64,000 bases of DNA from Vicugna vicugna (GCA_013265495.1 MU058790.1:1-64000); one strand, 5' to 3'. Shown: positions 27,185 through 40,389, counted from the stretch's first letter. Notes: generated by a model from the letters alone, not told the origin. Program-made: numbers and translations.

Positions 27185-29255
27185 GCCCAGGTTTATTAGG
27201 ATATGAGTGATAAACAACATTGTGTAAGTTTAGGGTATACAACATGATGATTTGATACATGTACTTATTACAAAATGATACCGTAATATGATTAGTTATC
27301 ATCTCCATCACCACACATAATTAACATTTCTTTTTTGTGGTAAGAACATTTAAGATCTATTCTGTTAGCAACTTTCAAGTGTATGATATAGTATAGTTAA
27401 CTATAGTCACTGCGCTGTGCGTTAGATCCCCAGATCGTATTCATCTCAAAACTGAAAGTTTGTGCCCTTTGACCACCATCCCCCCATTCCCATATATATA
27501 TCACATGTTCTTTATCCACTCATCTGAGCTGTACTTTCTTGTTTCTTTGCATGCATTATATTATTTTGTTGAAAACTAGACATTTAAAATTTTTTTCATG
27601 TAGTACTTTAGATTCTCTACCCCACTTCTGGGATTTGTTGTTGCTTGCCATGGGTTGTAGTTGTTTGTTTGTTCAGTGATTTTGCTAAACTACTTTTGTA
27701 AAGACTGTATTCTTTGCAATGAGTGGTAAATGAGGTCTCTGTTCCTTTAGCTCAGTGGTCAGCTCATCATTTGACAGAGATTTCCATAAACATTTTGAAT
27801 CAAATTTTAAAAAAAGAAAGAAAAATATATTCTCCAGGTTCTTGAGGATTTGTTCTGTGTTGGGATAATCCTTCAAATCTTAGCCAGGAGGTTTACAGTC
27901 CTGCCTTAACCTTCACTTCCTACTCACTCGGAGCATAAAGAGCAGCTAGATGTGGAAGTTTATGCTTTTCTCAGGCCTTTTTTGAACATGCATTTTGCCC
28001 TGGATATGTATGTGGCCTTCCAGTTTCCACAGCCAACAAGGTAGCTTGTCAAAACCCTTATTCCCCAAGGAACCTTACACCCAGCTTTTCCTGCCAGGCT
28101 GTCAGTGTTTCTATTGTTTGCCCCAGTGTTATTTTTTGCCCCAGGTGGTAGTGATACAGGAAAATGGGGGACGAGAGGATGGCTCCATCAAGTGAGGGTC
28201 CTTGGTTTTGTGCAGGAAAGAATTCAAGAGCGAGCCACAGTTGAGTAAAATAGATTTATTCAGAGAGATGTACCCTCTGTAAACAGAGTGCAGGCCATCT
28301 AAGAAGGCCAGAGAGGCCACAAGGCATGGGGGTGGTTAAAGCGAAAGTAGATTTACACACTCCACAGACAGAGTGCCGGCCGTCTCAGAAGGCAAGAGAG
28401 AGCAACGAGGTGAGAAGCAGTGGCCTCAGAGCATGAGGTCATCTAGGAAAGTGAGATCGGCCACGAGGGGTGGGGGTGGGGGGGTAGTTTTTATGGGCTC
28501 GGAAGCTTCACATGCTAACAAGTGGGAGGATTATTTCAATTTGGGGGAAGGGGCTGGGATTCTCAGGAACTGGGCCACCACCCACTTTTTGACCCTTTCT
28601 GGTTAGTCTGGGAACTGTCCTGGCGCCTGTGGGAGTGTCATTTACCATGCTAATACATTACAATGAGCTAATATATTATAATGAAGCTCAGTGTCCACTG
28701 GGAGTCAAACCTCCCACCATCTTGGTCCTCAAGGTCTACTGGGAGTTGAATCTTCTGCCATCTTGGTGTTAATTGCTGTGTCACTCCTTTAATGGCTGCA
28801 CTCTGTCCCCTTCCCTCCTGTCTCAGTAGTGGCTTTCCTTTCAATGTTTTTGAGGAAGGCCCCTTCTCCACCCTGAGAGGGCTCTGATTTAGGGGAAACA
28901 AAGTGAGTACCTTGTGCCCGTCCTTCAGGAAACCCCCAGACAGGTCAAAACAGACAAAAACTGTCCCCAGGGATTAAGGTCTGCTCTGGTCCCTCTATAA
29001 CCAGGTACAATGGGAATGCAGGCTGCTGTCTTCAAAATCACTGCCACATTGCAGAGGGAGGTGGGACTAGGGTGAGTTAAAATGCCACAAGGCTCTCCTT
29101 CTATGTTTTCATGGCCTTTCCCTGAGTTAAGCATTCACTTGGTTGCTGTTAACCTTTCATTACCAGCCAGAGCTCTGAGAAGATTTCTCTTGACAGTTTT
29201 TCCCAGGTTTTTCAATGATTCTAGGGATGGACAGCCCCCTGGATTTTCTTACCCT
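27185..29255 (-). mobile_element. Composite old L1 fragments, split by the LTR at 28152-28825
   Basis: GTTTAGGGTATACAACATGATGATTTG..AAGAACATTTAAGATCTA..AGCAACTTTCAAG (L1 3' end), then degenerate L1M-like sequence that continues across the LTR. Confidence 0.55.
28152..28825 (-). mobile_element. ERV1-class solo LTR
   Basis: TG...CA termini with a perfect 4-bp TSD GTAG (28148-28151, 28826-28829); minus-strand AATAAA at ~28255; shares the AAAGAATTC block with the LTR at 12897. Confidence 0.88.
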
Positions 29256-29258
29256 GCC

Positions 29259-29641
29259 TGTATTAATCTGCTCAGGCTCCTACAACAAAATACCACAGAC
29301 TGAGTGGCTTCAATAACTGAAATTTATTTTTTCACAGTTCTGGAGGCTAGAAGTCTAACATTAAGGTGCCATCAGTGTTGGTTTCTGGTGAAGCCTCTCT
29401 TCCTGCTTTCTCACTGTGCTCTCACATGGCCTCTTCTCCGTGCACACACGGAGAAAGAAAGAGCTCTCTGGTGTCTCTTCCTTTTCTTGTAAGGACACCA
29501 GTCTGATCAGATCAGGGCTCCACTGTTATGACCTCATCTAACTTTAATTACCTCCTAAAGGCTCTGTGTCCAAATACAGTCACATTGGGGGTTATGGCTT
29601 CAACAAATTGATTTTAGAGGGATACAGTTCAGTCCATAACA
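29259..29641 (-). mobile_element. MaLR solo LTR (MLT1A-like)
   Basis: TGTATTAATCTGCTCAGGCT..ACAAAATACCACAGACTG..TTATGACCTCATCTAAC..TTCAGTCCATAACA. Confidence 0.85.
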
Positions 29642-29657
29642 CCACCATTTGCATGAC

Positions 29658-29711
<54 letters not shown>

Positions 29712-29712
29712 T
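29658..29712. repeat. (TTA)n microsatellite
   Basis: About 18 perfect TTA units. Confidence 0.95.
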
Positions 29713-30158
29713 CAATAAAATAAAAAGCCTTCCCCCTAATGCTTTATCTTCCATCCTCCTGGAAGATATTTTTAAAAGGCCACTTGCAAGGAAGTTTGGG
29801 AGACCTAGTGTTTATTTTTTCATTCTCTATATTGGGAGGCAGCAAAGGAGAAGGGAGTTGAGAAACTCTTTGGCATAATGAAAAACGGTGCCTTCTCTGC
29901 TGGTATTTAACAGGCTAAACTCTCCTGGGGAAATGTGATGGAGAGGATAGAACTAGAGAGTACCTCATTCTGATTCTGGGCTTGCATTGCTCATGGTGCC
30001 TCTTTGGTTTCTGTTGTTTCATTAATGGACAGCAATTTTATGTAGTCTCCTAAGACCCAAGCATTGTTCCTCATTGCTCCATATTGCCAGATATTTTATG
30101 AGAGTTTTAGCATCTATAGTCACATATTTCCATGTACGGTATCAATTCTGATGGGCAT

Positions 30159-30585
30159 TGTGAGCTGGCCTTGAGACGAGTTAAGGCCGTGGGACCCAAG
30201 GCCATGGCCAGAGCCTTGAGATAAGTTAAGGCTGTGGGACCCAAGGCCACGACTACAGAGCATGTTTGTAGTATGCAGTAAATAATTGCTTCACGCATGC
30301 GTCAATTATATAAGATTTAGAACAAAGAAAATAGAAGTACGCATGTGCTAGAGATATTCTGTAAGCCTAATGAACAAAGGAACTCAGACCACGCATGTGC
30401 TGACAGAAAACAGATAAAAGCGGGACAAGTGCATCATAGGCGCACCTCCCTGTGGCAATAAAGTGTTGTTAACCCCATGGTGTCTCCGGCTGAAGTCTGT
30501 CCGGCAGTATGGCAACTCCTCGTGCATTTTTTTCGTTTGGGCCGCTCACCTCCTAGAACCCCACGTCAGCCTCCCTCGGCTGACA
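30159..30585 (+). mobile_element. Young solo LTR, 427 bp, 5-bp TSD
   Basis: TG...CA termini; perfect TSD GGCAT at 30154-30158 and 30586-30590; 45-bp-period direct repeat in U3; TATA-like GATAAAA at 30413-30419; AATAAA at 30457-30462; many CpGs retained. Confidence 0.9.
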
Positions 30586-32159
30586 GGCATGTTTTATTTT
30601 TAAGCCAAATCAGTACTTTTAAAACTGAGTCACACTGACAGGACTGATATTTATCCAATTATATGTGTCTAGATATAGATATTTGAATTTCCAGGGTAAC
30701 TGAAAACATTTTAAATGTCATTCATACCCATCAAATCTGTTTTTAAATTGTGGTTTCATTTTCACCAAAATGTTTGCCTTTGTTCAAAATCATTAATCCA
30801 TTAAGTCCAGGGAAGTTTAGCAGGGGAAATGAATGTGGTCTCTGAATTATCTAACAATCTGGTTTGAATCTGAATATCTTCACTTCCTTGAATTGACAGC
30901 AATATTCACATTTTTAGCCTGTGGTTTCGAGTTCAGTGTGTGCAGATGTCTTCTCACCTCAGTGAGAAAAGACAACCCCATGATTCATTTGAACTCTAGC
31001 TGGTTGAATTTCTTAGACTTTTTAAATTACCGAGATGTCAGGCTCAAGAAAGCAGTTCAGTAAATCTCACAAATGACCACAAATTAATAATCTCACTGCA
31101 TTAAAATAAAATAAATATTCATTATCTGCCTTATTGTTTTTACACACGGCCCCTAAACTCGCAAAGCTTCAAAGTACACACATGGAACAATTCTCCTTCT
31201 TGCGCCACTTCATCTGCAATGGATGACTTTGCCTAATGAGGTCATTATTCTCCTAATGATCGTTGCAGTAAAAGGTAGCCACACCAACCCTCTGCTTTAG
31301 ACTTGAATAAACCAGTGAAACATATTTTTTAACCATTTATTGTCTGTGACCCATAAGTGACAAATGAACTCTGCTTTCCTATAGATGATCAAGTGTTTCA
31401 GAGCTCTGCAGTCTTCTTCCCTTTAATACCCAAATCACTACAATTCAAATGCCAGAGAGTGCCTAGAAGTCCAATGTCTTTTCTTAGATATTTCCAGGAA
31501 TTTTCAGAGTGTTGGTATCCCCCTGATTGTCTCCTGCTGTTCCTCTGGGTCACCTCTGATCATCTCATTATTTTTTCTCTCTGCTGCCTCGGCCTCTTCT
31601 AGTCTATTTCACCCTATGGCCAGTTTGTGCCTTATCCACCAAGATGACCATTAATTCAAGCTCTGTTGCTGTGTTGTGCTGGTTAATCAGCTTTAGTTGA
31701 GACATATAAACAACGGAAAGGAATTACAATATGTGAAAGGGAAGACCAACAATCATTATTGTGTGTCCCTGTTCTCCCAGATCATCACCATGAACAGGAA
31801 AGTCCCTTAATGGCCATGTCCTCTCTTGGGCCAAAACTTCTGTCCTATTCTGAGGTCTGTTCCTCATCTCTGTAAAAACCACTTCTATCCACCACTTCAT
31901 TCTCTTTCATAGTCTCCAGTGCAAGCCTCACATCAGGTAACACTAAGTTTCTCCACCCAAGGACATACCTTTCATTTTATTGTGCGGAGCAGTTTAGCTT
32001 TTCTCTGACTCGACCTCTAACCTCTAGACCAGGCAGTGCCCTTGAATCGCCAAAAAGCCCATCAAAGTGCCTTCAAAAGAACAGCATCTCCCCAAAACAA
32101 GTTCTGCCCCCAACTGCCAGAGCAACCTGTACACACTGAACATGCTTCTAATATGTCAG

Positions 32160-32820
32160 ATTTTTAAACCACTTTGTTTTAAAATGATTTCAAGCATGCA
32201 TAAGAGTTATCAGAATAGGACAAAGAAACCCAGTGTGCTCTTGACCCAGATTTACCAAGTATTACCATTTTCTCAGATTTACATGATCATTCTCTCTCCA
32301 TATTATTTTCTGAACCATTTGGGAATAAGTTGCCTACACTGACTCTTAAACAGTTCTCTGTGTATTTCCTAAGAGCAAGGTCATCACCAGTAATGTGACA
32401 AACCAACATCATGTGCCTGCTGATGTGATGCCCTGAGAAGGACACACATCACTTCTAGCATATTCCTGCCCAAAAGGCATAACACGAGTCTAGTCATGAA
32501 CAAATACAATACACACCTCAAATGGGGGACCTCCTATAAAATAACCAGTCTGTGTTCTTCAAACATGCCACAATCAGGAAAGAAAATAAGGCCTAGGGAA
32601 CGAGTCCAGAATGTAGGAGACCAGAGATATGTGACAGCTGGATTCCATGCACCATCTCAGGCTGGATCCTAAAGCACAAAAACAAAAACAAAAGCAAAAA
32701 TCACACAAAGAGCATTATTAAGATAGTTGGTCAACTCTAAATATGAACTGTAGATTAGACAATAACGTTGTATCTGTGTTCTATCTCATAATTTTGATAA
32801 TTTTACTGTGGTTATGTATG
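32160..32820. mobile_element. Old L1M fragments (two orientations)
   Basis: GTGTATTTCCTAAGAGCAAGG; CCTGAGAAGGACACACATCACTTC..ATTCCTGCCCAAAA; AATATGAACTGTAGATTAGA..TACTGTGGTTATGT. Confidence 0.55.
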
Positions 32821-33616
32821 TTAACAGATTTTTGTGTGTGACCACACGTGTTTATGTGAAATATCTTCGATTTCTCCCTAGCAAGCAGTCAGACCCAGTT
32901 AGTTTTGTTAGGCAAGGCATTATTTGCTGAAAGTATCAAGGGACCTAGACCTCAGGGTCATACGAAATGAATATACCTTTTCTCTTGGAGAGAATCCTAT
33001 TCCTAGAAGAGCCAGCACTCTCCTCTCTCTCATCTGGCTAGCACTTAAGTTACTGATTAACATCTTCACCAGGATGAGCCCTTACTAAGTGCCCAAGGTG
33101 GGGCTGTGGGAGCTCAGATGTATCCTGGGGCAAGGAAGAGGGACAGTGGAGACACAGAGACAGAGCTTTCCTCCTTCAGGTCAAGGTGAAATATGCAGGA
33201 GTTCGTTGTAGGGACCTCACACTTGTGGCTCAACAAACTGTTTCAGGTTTCTTGTGCTGAGCTGGTTATGCACGCATGTGGTTACTGCAGGAAACTGTCA
33301 GTGACATCCAGACTGTCAGAAGGAGATGAGAAATCAAGCGCTATTCTGATCAGTCCTGTGGGGAAGAGTTATAATATGTGTTGCAAACCGACGCAGGATA
33401 GCAGAGTTCAGTCCAGGACTCTTGAGAAAGTGGCTGATGCTCAGACATTGATTTTATTATTTACATGAAGCTTTACAAAATGATCCTGGTGGCCTGAATA
33501 AGCAGCAATACATCAGACTGCCCAGATTCAAATCTCAGCTCTGGCATCAAGCAGCCATGTGACTCTGGGCAAGCTACTTTATCTCCTTGGGGCTCTTGTC
33601 TCTCCTCTGTAAAGTA

Positions 33617-34140
33617 ATGTATGAGTTTTCTATTGCTACTGTAACAAACTACCCACAGACGACTGACTTCAAACAGCACAGACTTGCTTTCTTAAGAGTT
33701 CTGGAGGTCAGAGGTCTGGAACCACTTTCACGGGGCTAAAATCAAGGTGTCAATAGATCAGCATTCCTTCCAGAGGCTCCAGAAGAGAATCCACTTCCTT
33801 GCCTTTTGCAGATTTCAGAGTTGCATTCCTTGCATGGCTTCGCTCAAGGCCTCTTCTTCCACCTTCATGGTCAGCAGTGGAGCATCTTCTCTCCTCTCTG
33901 AACTCTGCTTCATCCCTCACATCCTCTTCCGGTGCCTCTGAGCCTCCTACTTCCCTCTAATAAGGACCCTTACGTTGGCCCACCTGGAATAATTCGTGAT
34001 AATCTCCCCATCTCAAAAACATTTAAGTTAATCATGTTTGCAAAGTCCTCTTAACCATGTAAAGTAACATTCACAGGTTCTAGGAATAAGTATCTTCACA
34101 TCCTTGGTGGGGGGCGGGGAGCAACATTCATTCTACTACA
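33617..34140 (-). mobile_element. MaLR (MLT1) LTR inserted into a MIR (MIR halves ~33500-33616 and 34141-34250)
   Basis: TGTATGAGTTTTCTATTGCTACTGTAACAAACTACC..GTTCTGGAGGTCAGAGGTC..AACATTCACAGGTTCTAGG; the flanks join into a MIR core. Confidence 0.75.
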
Positions 34141-36262
34141 AATGGATATGATAATTTTGCACTACTTAGAGGGTGGTTATGAAAAGTAAATGAGATAAAG
34201 CACATAAAGACACCTGGCATGTATAAAATGCTTTACAGATATTAGCTGTTGTTAAGATGAAAATAAGACTGTAAAAATAGTTTTTCAAGAAAAGAAAGAA
34301 AAGAGTTAATTTACATAGGAAGCGGAAGCATACTGGAAAGTTTTCAATTCAAATCAATGATTAGTGAGAGAAAATAGGTAAGCTTTCTTCCTTTTCTTCC
34401 TTATTCTGATGAATAAACATGTACAAATCACATTGAACCTAAAGAGTTAAATTTTGAACCCTCATCACCAGACATTTTCCTTTCTATTGAATGGAAATAC
34501 CAGATAAAACTCTGTCCTTAATGCCTTTCATCACCTAATCAGTAAATTGCCCCTTCCTCCCTGAATGTCTCATCCTTTACTTTGTTATTTTCTCCTTCAA
34601 GCAGAAAATAGAACTTCTGGACCCCATTCCAGCTGCCTTATTCAACTTTTCACTAACCTTAAAGACCGTGGTTATGGAATAAAAGTGGGTTTCATTACAC
34701 TGTGCTTTAGTAGGACCCCTTCTAGGTATAAGTGATAGAAAGCCCACTCGAACTGTTTTTGTTTTTTAAAGCAGGAAGTGGTAGTGGTGTGAATTTATGG
34801 CTTGTTTAACTGGGTTGGATGCTAGAATGTGGCAACTTCAAGAGTGAATGACTTAGTCGCCTACTATCAGCACTTACAGAGATGATCTCAGTGAAGAGAG
34901 CCATCTTGCCCAAGATCACTCAGTCATCCCAGCTTCCCATCATCCCACAGGATTGCTGAGGCCTTCTTGTGACCACATGATAATTCAACTTCTCCTTCTG
35001 CCCACTCCCGTTTTCTTATCTTTCCTTCCTTACCGTGGGTGTGTACTTCCAAGGAAACTCAAATAGAACTCCTGAACACTAATCTCTGTCTCACAGTGTA
35101 CTTCCAGGAAACTCAGTCTCTAAGAATAACCGAAACGTCCCAGTGTTTCAGGTAGATCAGACCCAAGAATGCAAACATCGTCATCATTTATCTCCAAACC
35201 TCTCAATCCTTCCCCAGCTACTGATCACATTTTGTGTTGGCATAATTCTTATGCAGCTTCTTAGCACAAGGTAGTGGAGATGGTCTATGGTAGCAGCAGC
35301 TTTACATCATTCACAGAGAGAGAAAGCTTCATTCCTCTCCTCCATAGTCCCTAACAACTCCCTCCTCATGTAAATAACTCAAATTGGCCTTGTTTGAGTC
35401 AAACGCACACCCCGGGGACAATCACTATGTCCAGGGAAATGAAGTCCTCTCATTGGTCATCCTTAAGCAAGGACAGTGGGGCCACATAACTAATGGACAC
35501 ATATAAAGTGGACTCAAGACAGTTCTGAAAAGAATAGCACACATAGTAGAGATAAAAGGAACAGAAATCCATTTTTCCTCGTCACCAGGCATGAAATTCA
35601 CTAAGAATTTTCATGCGATAACATACCTCCCTTTTGTCAGCATTTCATATATACTTGGAATAAATTAAGAGTCTAATTTTTTAATTTGACAAATCAAGAA
35701 GGAATTATACTCAGGATGCAAAATCAAGGAATTAGTTAGCAATTCTTTTTTTTTCCCCCTCAGCAAGGGGTGTCTAGGATTTCAATTACAAGCATGATGG
35801 TATTGATCATTACTGCCTACTGGAAGAGGTGAGTACTTTCTCACATTCACTACAGTCTAACTTGACACTAACAGCTTAGGAGGCAATGGAAGCCTGGTGT
35901 CTGGGAGGAGATAAACTGTTAGCTAACACATAGAGGTTCAGTTTTCTTTATTCTCTGTCCAGTCAATACAAGTCAACCAAAACCTGTTGTTGCTCCTTTA
36001 TCAAACTCCCTGCCTGTCTTTTTGAAGAGCAGAGCACATTGAAATTTACTTGAACAGTGTTCTCAAAAGGGAAGTTATTTTCCATAAAAGAAAAATTTTA
36101 CTCTTCATTGCAACTGATCTATCTCTCTTCCTCCAGCTGTGAAACTGATTGAGGTTCTTAAAGGCTCTCAAGGCATCTCTACTCACAGCCTTGTGATTAC
36201 TTTTATAAAGAAAAAAAAGCAATAGGAGGGAATGGTTGATTACTCACAAAAAAACTTTTTTT

Positions 36263-38826
36263 AATTGAAGTATAGTTGATTTACGATATTGTGTTCGTTT
36301 TCAGTGTATGGCAAAGTGATTCAGTTTTATATACATATATATATACCAGTTTTACATATATATATATATATATTCTTTTTCATAGTCTTTTCCACTATGG
36401 TTTATTACAGGATATTGTGTACATTTCCCTGTGCTATAGACTAGGACCTTGTTGTTTATCTATCTTATATATAGTAGTTTGTATTTACTAATCCTAGATT
36501 CCTAATTTATCCCTCCCCATCCCATTTCCCCACTGGTAACCATAAATTTGTTTTATCTGTCTGTGAGTCTGTTTCTCTTTTGTAAATAAGTTCATTTCTG
36601 TCATATTTTAGATTCCACATATAAGTGCTATCACATGGTATTTGTCTTTCTCTTTCTGACTTACTTCATTCGGTATAATAGTCTCTGGGTCCATCCATGT
36701 TGCTGCAAATGGCATTATTTCATTCTTTTTATGGCTGAGTAGCATTCCATTGTGTATATATACTACATCTTCTTTAGCCAGTCATCTGTTGATAGATATT
36801 TAGGTTGCTTCCATGTCTTGCCTATTGTAAATAGTGCTGCTATGAACATTAGGATGAATGTATCTTTTTGAATTAGAATTTTCTCCAGATATAGGCCCAG
36901 CAATGGGATTGCTGGATCATATGGGAACTCTATTTTTAGTTTTTTAAGGAACCTCTATACTGTTTTCCATAGTGGATGCACCAATTTACATTACCCCCAA
37001 CAATGTAGGAGGGTCCCCTTTTCTCCACACCCTCTCCAGCATTTGTTACTTGTAGATTTTTAATGGTGGCCATTCTGACTGCTGTGAGGTGGTACATCAT
37101 TGTAGTTTTGATTTGCATTTCTCTGATAATTAGCAATGTCGACAATCTTTTCATGTGCTTATTGGCCATCTCTATGTCTTCTTTGGAGAAATACGTATTT
37201 AGGTCTTCTGCACATTCTTTGATTGGGTTGTTTGGTTTTTTTTGTTATTGTATAAACTGTTTGTATATTTTGGAAATTAAGCCATTGTCAGTTGCATCAT
37301 TTGCAAATATTTTCTCCCAGTCCATGGGTTGTCTTTTTGTTTTGTTTATGGTTTCCTTTGCTGTGCAAAAGCTTATAAGTTTGATTAGGTCTCATTTGTT
37401 TATTTGTATTTTTAGTTCTATTGCCTTGGGAGACTGACCTAAGGAAACATTGATACAATTTATGATGGAGAATATTTTGCCTATATTCTCTTCTAGGAGT
37501 TTTGTGGAGTCATGTCTTATATTTAAGTCTTTAAACCATTTTGAGTTTATTTTTGTGTATGGAGTGAAGGAGTGTTCTAACTTCGTTGATTTAAATGCGG
37601 CTGTCCAGCTTTCCCAATACCACTTGCCAAAGAGACTTTCTTTTCTCCATTGTATATTCTTGCCTCCTTTGTCAAAGATTAATTGATTGTAGGTGTGTGG
37701 GTTTATTTCTGGGTTCTCTATTCTGTTCCATTGATGCATATGTCTGTTTTTGCAAATACCACACTGTTTGATTACTGTAGCTCTGTAGTATTGTCTGAAG
37801 TCTGGGAGGGTTTTGTCTCCAACTTTGTTTTTTTTTCCTCAGGATTGCTTTGGCAATCCTGAGTGTTTTATCGTTTCATGTAAATTTTAGAATTATTTGT
37901 TCTAGTTCTGTGAAAAGTGTCATGGATAATTTGATAGGGTTCACATTAAATATGTAGATTGCTTTGGGTAGTGTGGTCATTTTACGCCCCAACCATGGAA
38001 GCAGCAATCTGTTCAGATGTCTTGTAGGCACTGAGTTTACAAAGTGCCTGTGGCAGCATAAATCCACGGATTGCACAGCTGCTAGGACACTCACATTTCA
38101 GCCCTGCTTCTGAAGGCACTTGGCACCTGGGGATGGGTTTGGATTTCAGCCCTATTTCCCACATGTGGGCAACCCACCAGAGCTTGCAAGCTCCCAGAGC
38201 TCACAGAGCTGGAGCCACGCCCACTGTGAGCACACTTAGAATGAGTCTGCTATGGCAGCGCAGCCCCTCCCTTTGAGCACACACGTTAACGTCAGTGGTG
38301 GACCTGGGCTTCTTCCTGTGCACACCCCCGGTTGTGCCCTGGAGCACGCTCCAGCCCCTTTAGGCTGTCTCAATGCAGCCAGCCCCAGTCTTCTCCCTGG
38401 GTCTGTCCTCTGAAGCCCAAGTTTCAGCACTGAGCCCCCATGCGCACCAGCAGATGCATGTCTCAGGCTGGGGAGTGCAGCGAGGTGGCGCCGACCCTCT
38501 ACATGCTGGTCTCTCTCTGTTCTGCCCACCCCAGACGGACTGCTGCACTCTCTTCCGAGCCTCTGAAGCTCCCTTTCTGTCCTAGCTGATCTCTCCGCTG
38601 TTTAAGGGGCTTTCCAAGGTGAGGGAACTTTTCCTGTCCTTTTTTCCTTCATCTTACTCGGTTATGAAGCCATCTTTCTTGCAAGTTAGGTTTTATGAGA
38701 TCTTCTGCCAGGGTTCAGCAGGTATTCTGTGAAAATTGTTCCATATGTAGATGTGTTTCTGATATATTTGTGACAGCAGGTGAGCTCCATGTCCTTCTAT
38801 TCTTCTATCTTGATCTGGTCACCTCC
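36263..38826 (-). mobile_element. Internally deleted L1: 3' UTR plus ORF2 C-terminus (to ~37983) fused to the L1 5' UTR (~37984-38826)
   Basis: ORF2 peptides at 36936..37169 and 37392..37739. The reverse complement of the right end, GGAGGTGACCAGATCAAGATAGAAGAATAGAAGGACATGGAGCTCACC..ATCAGAAACACATCTACATATGGAACA, resembles a cetartiodactyl L1 5' terminus. Flanking repeat AAAAA(A/T)ACTTTTTTT on both sides. Confidence 0.8.
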
Positions 38827-39235
38827 AAAAATACTTTTTTTGAATTTTCTTCTCAAATTGTGGAGGAAGGGGAAAGGAACATACAAGGAATGTTATTTCC
38901 TAGTATGTGAGTGTTCATGGTCCCCTTCCCACTGATTCCACAGCAGACCACAGGCATCAGAAGGTAGATGTGAAAACATGAGAGAGACTTAAAGATTAAG
39001 CTAGGATAAGGGAAGATCAACCAGTGGCTGAGGGAGAGAAAAGAGGGGAGAGGTAGAGAGGTGAAGACCTTGATAAGTTTCAGAGAACTTGGTGGAGGAT
39101 CAGTTATCCCCATGGAAGGGTTTGAGAGTGGCAAAATGAGGGAGAGCAGATTTCAAGATGTTTTTTCCTCATCAGGCATATGTGTCTCACTTCCATAATT
39201 ACGTGAGAAAATAAGCACAGGTGTGAATTACTTTC

Positions 39236-39765
39236 TGTATCAGGCAAAGACCAGTCAGAAAAATAGAAACCATCATACTTCAACAGAGGGAATGTCACAC
39301 CAGGAATTTGTTACATGGACGGAAAGTGGAGAATCCCAACATGGGTGCAGAGGCAACGTAAAGACGAATAACCACAGGAAGTGGTGACCACCCTCAGGGC
39401 TGGGGGGAACGTGGGAGGAGATGGTGTAACTCAAGCCCCGAAGCAAGGACCATCTGGCAGGAGCTAAAACTACAGTGGTGATGGCCAGCAGGAGCTCATG
39501 CCACAGAGTGAAAGACTGACTGGTGGAAGCTGGAGCCTCCATTGGAAATGTAGCCACTTCCCAGATGCCACTTGAAGCAGAGAGCTGGGGGAAGAAACAC
39601 TCTGGCTTCTTCTCTCTTGCCCCTCATTCCCCAGTTTGGCTGAACATACCAGAAGCCAGAGGGCCAAGAAGCCCGGCAAATACAATTCTCTCTGAAACAG
39701 AACAGAGCAAGGAGAGGGTGAGGAATAGATCTCAGAGCAAAGAGGCAAATAACTGGAATGTAACT
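39236..39765. mobile_element. Old MaLR/ERVL LTR remnant
   Basis: TGTATCAGG..CAGTCAGAAAAATAGAAACC..GGAATTTGTTACA..CCAGTTTGGCTGAAC..AGAAGCCAGAGGGCCAAG. Confidence 0.5.
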
Positions 39766-40389
39766 TGACTGTCTAACTGTGTTTCTTTGAATTCCTCTCT
39801 GTGTGTAACTGAACCATGAAGCCAACTGTCCTTTATGTGGGTTACACATGATTCAAGAGCAATGTAGAAGGTCACAGTTGAGTACTTTCCTTTAATATTA
39901 AAAAGTGAGAAATAATATTCCTTTACCCTTTGTCTTAATTCTGCAGCGTGCCTCAAGTATAAACAGCAACCAAAAGAGTTCATGTCTCTCTTTCTTTTTT
40001 TTCCTTCTTTTGTTCCCTTTTTCCTCTCCAATTCCTTCTTTTACCTCTCTATTCACTATAGCTGTTGTACAGTCACCCTTATGCAGTTGGTAAACTTTGA
40101 TCTCACAGTGGGGTTACCATCCTACCCTTCTGTCTCTTTCATGTCCTGAAGATTATAGTGATATTCAGGGGAAAAATGCTAAATCTGGCTTTTGGCATCT
40201 ACCACATCTGACGTACCTTTGTTCTGACCCTATTTACATACCTCACCTAGAAAAATGCCATGTCCACCTGGCAGTACTACAGTCATTAAAACATTTTGGT
40301 ATATTTGTTATGCCTTCTTTTCCTGTAGTTGTTTTGGGAGTGATTTTGGATGGGGTTGGCATGGCCAAGCTTTTATTCTGGTACCATGG

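Noticed and set aside
37970..38000. Canonically spliced L1 (SpIRE-like) origin of the 5'UTR-ORF2 junction
   Set aside because: The sister copy has no AG immediately upstream of the ORF2 breakpoint.
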